The notes beneath the pieces were generated by a model. That model did no database searches. It was not told the origin of the DNA and saw only the letters and a list, made by a program, of their open reading frames with translations. A stretch of 24,000 nucleotides of DNA from Anaerovoracaceae bacterium (GTDB lineage: Bacteria; Bacillota; Clostridia; Peptostreptococcales; Anaerovoracaceae), in NCBI GenBank assembly GCA_045637765.1, contig JAZTZZ010000002.1, positions 1 through 24,000 of the forward strand, given 5' to 3'. Positions 9,082 through 16,839 of the stretch are shown here, piece by piece; the stretch's first letter is position 1, and every line of letters begins with the position of its first letter. A program made the position numbers and the translations under genes.

Positions 9082-10119
9082 TTAGTTAAAGTTAGCAGGA
9101 ACTGCGATTTCACCGCTGATAACCTTAGCTTCCAGGTCAGTCAGCTGTGCAACGATGTCTTCGGAAACCTGGATGTTGGAACCTTCCAGAGTGTAACCGA
9201 TACCGCCCTGTTCCAGACCCAGAACTACTTCTTCGCCCAGTGCCAGAGTGCCTTCTGCAGCGTTCTTAACGATTTCGAATGCAGCAGTGTCTACTCTCTT
9301 CAGCATGGAAGCAACGATGTGATCAGGGTCGATGATGTTCTGGTTGGAGTTGCAGCCGATAGCCATGAAACCAGCTTCCTTAGCTGCAGTGAATACGCCC
9401 AGACCGGAACCACCAGCTGCGTGGTAGATAATGTCGGAACCCTTGTTGAACTGGCTCAGAGCAATTTCCTTAGCAGTAGTAGTGTCGCCGAATGGGTTGT
9501 CACCAGCTACGTACTGAATATCAACGTTGATATCAGGGTTGATGTACTTAGCACCAGCATCGTAACCAGCTGCGAAACGCAGAATAGTGTCATTTTCCAT
9601 AGCGCCAACGAAACCGATGGAACCGTTGTCAGCCAGACCGTAAGTAGCAGCATCTTCCTTCATCAGAGCTGCCATAGCACCTACCAGGAAGGAACCTTCC
9701 TGTTCACGGCAAGTGTAGTTTACAATGTTGTCAGCATCGATGAAACCGTCGATGAATGCATAGTTCTGTTCAGGATAGTCTGGAGCTACAGCCATCAGAG
9801 CATCCATCTGGTCGAAACCAACGCAAACGATTACGCAGTATTCGCCGGAGTCGGACATGTCACGCATAATCTGTTCGAATTCAGTAACCTGCTTAGGTTC
9901 TGCATAGTCGAAATCGATGCCCAGTTCAGTCTTGGCACGTTCCATACCAGCGTAAATCAGGTCGTTGTAGCCCTGGTCACCCAGACCGCCAACACCCAGA
10001 ATGCAAGCTGCCTTCAGAGCAGCATCGCCTGCAGGATCTTCAGTAGTTTCGGAACCGCCGCATGCTGCCAGAGACAGCACCATAGCCAGAACCATAATCA
10101 GTGTTAATAATTTCTTCAT
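9082..10119 (-). CDS. BMP-family (basic membrane protein, PnrA/NupN/RnsA-like) nucleoside-binding lipoprotein
   Basis: 345 aa. The signal peptide carries the lipobox LSLAAC-GG. Motifs GGLGDQGYND and GFVGAMENDTILRFAAGY are typical of BMP/Med/TmpC substrate-binding proteins. RBS is AGGAGGAG. Confidence 0.9.
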   Translation of the reverse strand: MKKLLTLIMVLAMVLSLAACGGSETTEDPAGDAALKAACILGVGGLGDQGYNDLIYAGMERAKTELGIDFDYAEPKQVTEFEQIMRDMSDSGEYCVIVCVGFDQMDALMAVAPDYPEQNYAFIDGFIDADNIVNYTCREQEGSFLVGAMAALMKEDAATYGLADNGSIGFVGAMENDTILRFAAGYDAGAKYINPDINVDIQYVAGDNPFGDTTTAKEIALSQFNKGSDIIYHAAGGSGLGVFTAAKEAGFMAIGCNSNQNIIDPDHIVASMLKRVDTAAFEIVKNAAEGTLALGEEVVLGLEQGGIGYTLEGSNIQVSEDIVAQLTDLEAKVISGEIAVPANFN

Positions 10120-10170
10120 GTTAATCTCCTCCTGTCTTACAGCTTCTTAAGCTGCATGTATGGACTTTTT

Positions 10171-11115
10171 TTAATTTTGGAATGCTGCGAACAGAATGTT
10201 CAGTGCCTTTCTGGAGTCAACTTCCAGAGCATGCTCTACAAATCTGCCCTCGATAGGCTGCTCGCGAAGGTCAACTACGACCTTACCACGGCACCAGGTG
10301 CCGCCACATTCCACGCGGGTCACCATTTTGCGTGTATTGACTACACTTGGGTCAACTGCCACAACCATAGCCAACGGATCATGCAGAGGACTATACTCCA
10401 TGGTGTAGTTCTGTCTGCGGCTGCCGTCCATGTAATACTTCAGTTCCTCGGAAATAAAGGAAACCATTTCTTTCTTTTCCGGCAGACAGCAACGCAGAAG
10501 CTTATCCACGTCGTTTCTGGTTAAATGAGTCTTCAGAGTTACATCAAGACCAACCAGCGTCATATCCCAATCCGCCAACATAGCAATATCAGCTGCCTCC
10601 GGATCGCCGCCGATATTCGCCTCGACAACCGGGCTGACATTTCCGTGAGAATAAATAGTTCCTCCCATGGAAACAACACGTTTGATCTTTTTTGCATAGT
10701 CCGGATATTTTGTCAGCGTATTTGCCAGATTGGTCATACGGCCTAAAGATACCAGAACCAGTTCACCTTCATATTCACAGGCCTTCTGATACATGAAATC
10801 GCAGACATCCATATCCACAACCTTCTGTTCGGTTGCCGGAAGTTCCACATCTCCCATACCATTCTTTCCGTGAATAAAATCAGGGAAACCATCCACCTCA
10901 CCAACCAGTGGTTTTTCTGCACCGACACATACAGGAATTTTACCTTCCTTACCTGCCAGTTTCAGAATGCGTAAAGTATTTTCCGCACCCTGTGCAGCTG
11001 ACACGTTACCGGTACTGGTAGAAATACCTACGATTTCCACGTCAGGACGATTCAGTGCAAAAAGAATTGCAACGGAATCATCTACACCCGGATCACAGTC
11101 AATAAACATTTTCAT
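10171..11115 (-). CDS. nucleoside hydrolase (IUNH / Rih family)
   Basis: It carries the N-terminal fingerprint DCDPGVDDSVAILFAL (DxDxxxDD). The track start at 11124 is a GTG inside the AGAGGTG RBS. I call the ATG at 11115 (MKMFIDCDPG...). Confidence 0.9.
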   Translation of the reverse strand: MKMFIDCDPGVDDSVAILFALNRPDVEIVGISTSTGNVSAAQGAENTLRILKLAGKEGKIPVCVGAEKPLVGEVDGFPDFIHGKNGMGDVELPATEQKVVDMDVCDFMYQKACEYEGELVLVSLGRMTNLANTLTKYPDYAKKIKRVVSMGGTIYSHGNVSPVVEANIGGDPEAADIAMLADWDMTLVGLDVTLKTHLTRNDVDKLLRCCLPEKKEMVSFISEELKYYMDGSRRQNYTMEYSPLHDPLAMVVAVDPSVVNTRKMVTRVECGGTWCRGKVVVDLREQPIEGRFVEHALEVDSRKALNILFAAFQN

Positions 11116-11162
11116 AGTTATCACCTCTTCGCATGATGCTATCTATCATCAAGCGTTTCCGC

Positions 11163-12005
11163 TTAAATGATCACAATATCTGTAATTCCGTTCTTTCTCG
11201 CAATCTCTGCCAGTTCCTCCAGCTCTTCACGGGAAGGACTGCACATCTCACTGCGATATGGTTCACGGACACCAAAAGGACGGTAAGCACTGATCCGGTA
11301 ACGGATTGGCTTTTCTCCCTGCAGCGGTGCCAGAAGCTTTGTAATCCGGTCCACAGTTTCACAGTTGTCCAGATAACCTGGAACAACGACGGTGCGAATT
11401 TCTTCAAGCTTTCCGGCTTTTGCCAGTTTAACAGCATTTTCAATAACAGGACTGCTGCTCATTCCTGTCAGTTTCATATGTTCGGCCTCATTCCAGGCTT
11501 TCACATCCAGCATAACTCCATCACAGACAGCCATAAGTTCTTCGTCTGCAGTATAGTCATAGCTGCCGTTGCTGTCCATCAGTGCGGTCTTTCTTTTTTC
11601 CTTTACAAGACGGAACAGTTCCACCAGAAAATCTCTCTGAAGAGAACATTCTCCTCCGGAAACAGTGATTCCCCGGATAAACGGAATATCTTTTTTCAAA
11701 ATATCCATGATTTCCTGTGCAGAATACTCTTTTGTTTTCGGTGTGGACATATTCCGGCAGGCACTCAGACATGCATCGCACTGACAGCATGCATCTTCAT
11801 TCCATACTACTTTTCCATCTGCCATAGACAGAGCTCCTGCAGGACATGCACTGATGCATGCACCGCAGTGGCCGCAAAGATTGATGGTCTCAGGATTGTG
11901 GCAGTATCCACAGGTATAATTACATCCCTGCAGAAAAATTGCCGCCCGGTTTCCCGGTCCATCCACTACACTGCTGTGGATGATTTTATTTACAACAGCC
12001 TTCAT
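11163..12005 (-). CDS. yjjW: glycyl-radical enzyme activating protein, YjjW-like (radical SAM)
   Basis: 280 aa. It has GPGNRAAIFLQGCNYTCGYCHNPE (CxxxCxxC radical-SAM cluster) followed by two ferredoxin-type motifs, CGHCGACISACP and CCQCDACLSAC. It starts 2 nt after the GRE stop. Confidence 0.85.
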   Translation of the reverse strand: MKAVVNKIIHSSVVDGPGNRAAIFLQGCNYTCGYCHNPETINLCGHCGACISACPAGALSMADGKVVWNEDACCQCDACLSACRNMSTPKTKEYSAQEIMDILKKDIPFIRGITVSGGECSLQRDFLVELFRLVKEKRKTALMDSNGSYDYTADEELMAVCDGVMLDVKAWNEAEHMKLTGMSSSPVIENAVKLAKAGKLEEIRTVVVPGYLDNCETVDRITKLLAPLQGEKPIRYRISAYRPFGVREPYRSEMCSPSREELEELAEIARKNGITDIVII

Positions 12006-12007
12006 GG

Positions 12008-13528
12008 TTACTCCAGAGAACGAACCTTACGTTCCAGAATCTTACTGTTCTTTACTTCACCCAGACCCCACATAGCATTTGCCTGAGGTACTGCCTTACC
12101 TGCATCCAGCTTTTCAATATCAGACTTCTTCACCAGATAACCGGTGATACGAATGACATCTGCATCATCACCATATGTAGAGAAGTAACGCATACCCATA
12201 TCAAATCCACCCTTGATTATATCCAGCAGAGCTTCAGAATTGCGTTTTGCAGTTTCATCAAATGGGAAGATATCACCAACACCGGACTTGAAGTACGGAT
12301 GGAACTGGCTGGCATGAATCAGATGTTCATGGAGCGGCAGTTCGCTTCCAATCGCAATACGAACACCGGGGCTGATGGTGCAGTCTTCGGAAATGCCTAC
12401 CTGTGCATGGAGGGAGAAGTGATGGTCAGTTACTTCACAGTAACGGCTTTCGTAGCTTTCCACACATTCAGTCATCTTGTCCAGGATGCGCTTGGCCAGT
12501 GCGTCAGCCTCTTCGCTGTAACCGTAAGTACCGGTCTTGCCATCCTTCACCATCAGGGTGTTTACACACTCATTCATACCTACCATACCGAACATACCGG
12601 TAAAGCGGTCCAGATGCAGGAATCCTTCTGTTACCAGGAAGTTGGACTTGAAGAAATGAGTTTCTTCTACCAGGAAAGTAATCTTCTTTTCAATATATCC
12701 ACACAGTTCAGCCACTGCTTCAGGCAGCAGAGTCTCAATCAGGTGTTCACTGTTGTAAGCACGGTCTGCCATGTGACTTAATACCACACGGGACAGAGTA
12801 AACGCACCGCCGCCAACCGGCAGAGCATTGTAGCAGCTTGCGATGCCATAAGGTACATCGTACAGCTGATTGTATTCTTTATGATTTGCAAAGCTTGGCT
12901 TCGCACATGCCAGTGCACATTCCACGCTGGATACTGCAAAATCATCCGGAGTAATATCAGGATCATACTTCAGGGTAATCGCAGGCATTGCATTATCCTT
13001 GAATTCCTTCTGCACTTCCAGGATGATTCTGCCTGCACGGGTTGCTTCAGGTCCCAGATTCATGTGGCAGTAAGAGTCAGGAATGGTTCTGTCAAGGAAG
13101 AACATGAAGTGACGGATCAGCTTCTTAGCTTCTTCTTCATCTTCAATAAATGGTTCCAGCATCTTGTCCACATTGCCCAGGTATACAGGATAATGTGTTA
13201 CAGACGGAACATGACGGTAGATAACTAACAGTGCAGTGATTGCTTCCCACAGGTTTGTAACAGGCTCCAGACGCAGGAATTTACATCCTTCACGCAGCAT
13301 CTTTTCATAGTCCGGACAAATATAGCGCGGACAGTAAGTCGCGTTGCCTTCTGTCATAGTACAGAGAACACCGGCTTCCACCAGTTCTCTGAACTTCGGA
13401 GTCGTTTCAAAAAATTCAACATGATTCATCGGGATGGATGACAGACAAGTCATAGCCTGCTCGTGAGTCAGTGCACAATTATTGATAACAGACATTACGT
13501 CATTTTTCAGATTTCCAATAGTCAGCAT
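12008..13528 (-). CDS. yjjI: YjjI-family glycyl-radical enzyme (function unknown)
   Basis: 506 aa. The C-terminal glycyl-radical fingerprint is DADVIRITGYLVKK (Gly463, codon complement of 12140-12142). The length, the overall sequence and the adjacent YjjW-like activase match my memory of the short YjjI GRE family. RBS is AAGGAGAG. Confidence 0.85.
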   Translation of the reverse strand: MLTIGNLKNDVMSVINNCALTHEQAMTCLSSIPMNHVEFFETTPKFRELVEAGVLCTMTEGNATYCPRYICPDYEKMLREGCKFLRLEPVTNLWEAITALLVIYRHVPSVTHYPVYLGNVDKMLEPFIEDEEEAKKLIRHFMFFLDRTIPDSYCHMNLGPEATRAGRIILEVQKEFKDNAMPAITLKYDPDITPDDFAVSSVECALACAKPSFANHKEYNQLYDVPYGIASCYNALPVGGGAFTLSRVVLSHMADRAYNSEHLIETLLPEAVAELCGYIEKKITFLVEETHFFKSNFLVTEGFLHLDRFTGMFGMVGMNECVNTLMVKDGKTGTYGYSEEADALAKRILDKMTECVESYESRYCEVTDHHFSLHAQVGISEDCTISPGVRIAIGSELPLHEHLIHASQFHPYFKSGVGDIFPFDETAKRNSEALLDIIKGGFDMGMRYFSTYGDDADVIRITGYLVKKSDIEKLDAGKAVPQANAMWGLGEVKNSKILERKVRSLE

Positions 13529-13549
13529 TGTCGATTGTCTCTCCTTTTC

Positions 13550-14470
13550 TTATAATTCCGGCACGTAATTGACTACTTCTTCCAGAGATGGAATGGAAGT
13601 CTGTGCGCCCTTTCGTGTTACTGCAATTGCAGATGCTTTCTGACCGAAACGAATCGCATCATCCACAGACTCGCCCTTGCTCAGAGCCAGCGCAAAAGAT
13701 GCAGTGAAACAGTCACCGGCAGCGGTTGTATCCACCGCAGTGACCTTATTAGCAGGGAAGAAACGGCATCCGGCCTCATTCACCAGCAATAAGCCATCTC
13801 CACCTAAAGATACCATAACGTTCTTAACGCCCTTGGCACGCAGCTCTTCTGCAGCGCCACGGCGTTCTTCCTCCCCATTCAGGGAACGTCCCACCAGAAT
13901 TTCCAGTTCTGTTTCATTAGGTTTGATATAGTCAACACCATTCCAGATAGAATCCGGAAGATTTGATTTTGCAGGTGCAGGGTCCAGAATCACCATCTTA
14001 CCCAGGGAAACCGCCAGATCCTTGGCATATTCCACCACTTCAGGATCAATTTCCAGCTGCATCATCAGAATATCGCAATCTTCGATGAGCCCACGGTTTT
14101 CGTCAACAAGATTCCTTGTTACCAGTGCATTGGTTCCACCAATGAGAATGATGGAATTCGCACCGGAGCTGTCTACTGTAATAAAAGCCTGTCCGGTTGT
14201 TTCACCTTTCATAACCTCAATTCCGCTGGTGTTTACACCGACGGACTCCAGGTTATCTCTCAGCATCTGACCAAAGCTGTCATCTGCAACGGCACCGATC
14301 ATGCTTACGTTTCCCCCCATTTTACCTGCAGCATAGGCCTGATTAGCACCCTTACCTCCAGGCACCAGAAATACACCTGTACCTGTCAAAGTCTCACCGG
14401 ATTTCGGCATGTAAGGTGTTTCAATTACGGTATCCATGTTTAAGCTACCAATTACTAATATTTTTTTCAT
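13550..14470 (-). CDS. rbsK: ribokinase
   Basis: 306 aa. The N-terminus ILVIGSLNMDTV...GETL.G..F...PGGKGANQA and the C-terminal PfkB signature VDTTAAGDCF are both present. Confidence 0.9.
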   Translation of the reverse strand: MKKILVIGSLNMDTVIETPYMPKSGETLTGTGVFLVPGGKGANQAYAAGKMGGNVSMIGAVADDSFGQMLRDNLESVGVNTSGIEVMKGETTGQAFITVDSSGANSIILIGGTNALVTRNLVDENRGLIEDCDILMMQLEIDPEVVEYAKDLAVSLGKMVILDPAPAKSNLPDSIWNGVDYIKPNETELEILVGRSLNGEEERRGAAEELRAKGVKNVMVSLGGDGLLLVNEAGCRFFPANKVTAVDTTAAGDCFTASFALALSKGESVDDAIRFGQKASAIAVTRKGAQTSIPSLEEVVNYVPEL

Positions 14471-14542
14471 ATTCCTCTTCTATGTGTTCAACGTAAAATG
14501 CAATAATTTGTCGAAAAATATTTCAGCATATAGCTACACTAC

Positions 14543-14571
14543 ATTTTACAAGAACAAACATAAAAAGTCAA
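14543..14571 (-). promoter_or_regulatory. putative SigA-type promoter of the rbsK-yjjI-yjjW-rih-ABC operon
   Basis: The minus strand reads TTGACT (complement of 14566-14571), a 17-nt spacer, then TAAAAT (complement of 14543-14548), about 72 nt upstream of the rbsK ATG. It lies in the only AT-rich gap (14471-14596) of the long minus-strand gene run. Confidence 0.55.
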
Positions 14572-14596
14572 TCTCTGCCAATCTAATTTACCGAAT

Positions 14597-16015
14597 TTAC
14601 TCAATTTCCCATACGGTTAAAGGAATAAATATCACTTTTATAACGCCTCCACAGATCATTCCGGGATCATCAGAAGTTGTTACATTCAAATCGTATTGTT
14701 CCAGTCTGTATCCATTCATGTTTCTTGCACGTTCGATTGCCATATATTCAGCCTGTCCGCCGCCGATACTGCCAAGAATCCGCTCGTGGCCTACCAGCAT
14801 CATGCTTCCTGCCCCTCTCGGTGCGGACCCGTGCTTTTCCGTGATAATGCACAGTACTCCCGAATCTTTCGCAGTCAAAAGCTCCATGTCAGCAGATGCC
14901 GCATGGCTTACATTTTTAACCTGAATAATCTGTGCCAGAATACTGATAGCAATCTCTGCAGGTGTCACGGCACCGATGGAAAGTCCAATCGGCGCAAAGA
15001 TGGAATCAATCTGCTCTTTCTTAAAGCCATCTTCTTCAAGCATCTGTCTTGTCTTCGCTACCTTCGTCCTGCTGCCGATCATTCCCAGATACCGGTAATC
15101 TGACAGCAGAATGGTGTGTACACACTGATAATCCGCATTATGGTTCGGTGTAACCACTACATAATAAGCATCCGGTTCCAGATACTGTGCCAGATTATCA
15201 AAGGAATCGCAGATTCGTTCCGCAGCAGATGGAAATCGTTCTTCTGTTACCAGATCCTCACGGTCATCGATGACTTTCACAGAAAAGTCCAGATTGGATG
15301 CAAATGCTGCCACCTCTCTGGCCACATGGCCTCCCCCACAGATAATCAGTTTCGGCTGCGGACAGAACCATTCTTCTCTCAGGAAAGAGACATCCTGCTC
15401 CTGGGTCAGAATTGAGGCAACTGCTCTCTGGTACAGGGAACCGACATGAGTCAGATGCAGTCTCACCGGCACTCCAGGATACTGCAAACGAAGCGGAGTA
15501 AGGTAACCCTCAGTCAGAAGTTTCTGCACATGAACCGGCGTCATAATGGTGTCATCCTCAATGCCCAGACATTCCTTTACCAGTTCCAGACGGTGACAGA
15601 CCTCTCCCGCAGGTTTGCCCAAGCCATGGAGTCCGCATACCACGATAATTTCATCAACATTTTCCGGAATCACCGGCTCATTGTCGGCAGGATATTTCAG
15701 CGGCAGACGTCTGGATCCATCCGCCTCTACCAGGACTGCATCTGCATAGCGGCAGACCTCTTCATACACATCATTTGGCAATGCCGTCATCTTTCTGTCC
15801 GGATCTGCATCCGCACGGTTTCCCGCCATAGCATACCCCTGGTCCTTCAACTGACGAATAATTGTATCTGCATCCGCATCCAGCAGAGTATCCTCTTCTA
15901 TAAACATATGGGTAGTAGTGGTAATCAGAACTGATTTTCCCTCGCTGCGATACTGCTGTGCCATGGTATTAATTAATGTGGTTTTTCCTCCGGAACCAAC
16001 TACTGCTGTAATCAT
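14597..16015 (-). CDS. fusion protein: YqeC-like selenium-cofactor biosynthesis domain + XdhC-family domains (Rossmann part preceding the XdhC/CoxI part)
   Basis: 472 aa. Residues 1-~212 are YqeC-like (MITAVVGSGGKTTLINTMA...VLITTTTHMF...LVEADGSR). Residues ~221-367 form the XdhC C-terminal Rossmann-like domain (LIICGGGHVAREVAAFASNLDFSVKVIDDRE...IGLSIGAVTPAEIAISILAQII). Residues ~377-466 form the XdhC/CoxI N-type domain (HGSAPRGAGSMMLVGHERILGSIGGGQAE...ICGGVIKVIFIP). An ATGA overlap joins it to the upstream gene. Confidence 0.75.
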   Translation of the reverse strand: MITAVVGSGGKTTLINTMAQQYRSEGKSVLITTTTHMFIEEDTLLDADADTIIRQLKDQGYAMAGNRADADPDRKMTALPNDVYEEVCRYADAVLVEADGSRRLPLKYPADNEPVIPENVDEIIVVCGLHGLGKPAGEVCHRLELVKECLGIEDDTIMTPVHVQKLLTEGYLTPLRLQYPGVPVRLHLTHVGSLYQRAVASILTQEQDVSFLREEWFCPQPKLIICGGGHVAREVAAFASNLDFSVKVIDDREDLVTEERFPSAAERICDSFDNLAQYLEPDAYYVVVTPNHNADYQCVHTILLSDYRYLGMIGSRTKVAKTRQMLEEDGFKKEQIDSIFAPIGLSIGAVTPAEIAISILAQIIQVKNVSHAASADMELLTAKDSGVLCIITEKHGSAPRGAGSMMLVGHERILGSIGGGQAEYMAIERARNMNGYRLEQYDLNVTTSDDPGMICGGVIKVIFIPLTVWEIE

Positions 16016-16827
16016 AAGCCCAGCCGTCCTTTCTCATGGAGAATTGCTTCAATTACACCTCCGGCAATACATCTTGCCTTATCTGAAATGGTGAAGCAGT
16101 TTTCATATTCATCCAGACGCGGATCAATGTCTGCGATTTTAAATCCCCTGGTTACCGGATACCCATCACGGATCAGTCCGCGGAGAAGACCGTCTAAAGA
16201 AGCCTCTACAGGCACCGGACCCTCTGCAGTTTCAACCAGCGCAATAACCTCACCTTTCGTTACGGTATCCGTAATCTTCTTTACATTCCGAAGAATGCCT
16301 TCAGCAGGACAGTGAATCACACGTTCCTTCCCGAAACCGCCAATGATCCCAGGAACGCCCGTATTGGGCGCAGCAGAGCCGGTCCACAATACTTTGCCAA
16401 GGTTATGGCCCCGCTTCGTTTCGACAACGCAGGTCACATCCCTGCCCGCCTCAAAGCCAGGCCCCAGAGCAACCGTAACAGGTGCCATATCCTTATGAGT
16501 TCCCAGGTTCTTTTTCGCCAGAATCCCATCGACCACTGCCAGCGGTTTCATGGCTTCGATTGTATTGCCGGAAGGATCCACCAGCACCGTCAGCTTTCCT
16601 TCTGCAAGGAAAGCCTTGGCTTCTTCCAGAGAAGCTGCCAGCCAGCAGGTCATGTCCTCCACTGTGTGCTGCCCTGAATATACCGCTTCCGAAAATGCCA
16701 CATTTCTGCGGATAGCAGAAGGACTTTCCGTTTCCAGAATCAGTACCGGAAATCCACACTTTTTCAGTTTATAAATGGTTCCGGTGGCAAGATCGCCGCC
16801 GCCGCGTACAATAATCAGATTATTCAT
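16012..16827 (-). CDS. yqeB: selenium-dependent molybdenum hydroxylase system protein, YqeB / EF2563 family
   Basis: 271 aa. The N-terminus IIVRGGGDLATGTIYKLKKCGFPVLILETESPSAIRRNVAFSEAVY matches my memory of the EF2563/YqeB-C-terminal family. The context (selD, yedF, yqeC) supports the call. Confidence 0.75.
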   Translation of the reverse strand: MNNLIIVRGGGDLATGTIYKLKKCGFPVLILETESPSAIRRNVAFSEAVYSGQHTVEDMTCWLAASLEEAKAFLAEGKLTVLVDPSGNTIEAMKPLAVVDGILAKKNLGTHKDMAPVTVALGPGFEAGRDVTCVVETKRGHNLGKVLWTGSAAPNTGVPGIIGGFGKERVIHCPAEGILRNVKKITDTVTKGEVIALVETAEGPVPVEASLDGLLRGLIRDGYPVTRGFKIADIDPRLDEYENCFTISDKARCIAGGVIEAILHEKGRLGL

Positions 16828-16839
16828 CCCATTCTCCAG

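Noticed and set aside
9319-12086. Long plus-strand ORFs 9319..10107 (262 aa), 10156..10524 and 11133..12086 (317 aa)
   Set aside because: They lie antisense to the BMP lipoprotein, nucleoside hydrolase and YjjW genes. Their composition (Cys/His/Ser/Thr-rich, no motifs) is typical of stop-poor antisense frames.
14471-14542. cre (CcpA) or LacI-type operator in the rbsK leader
   Set aside because: Only short AT-rich palindromes are present (TAGCTA, AAATATTT). I could not align anything to the TGnAAnCGnTTnCA cre consensus.
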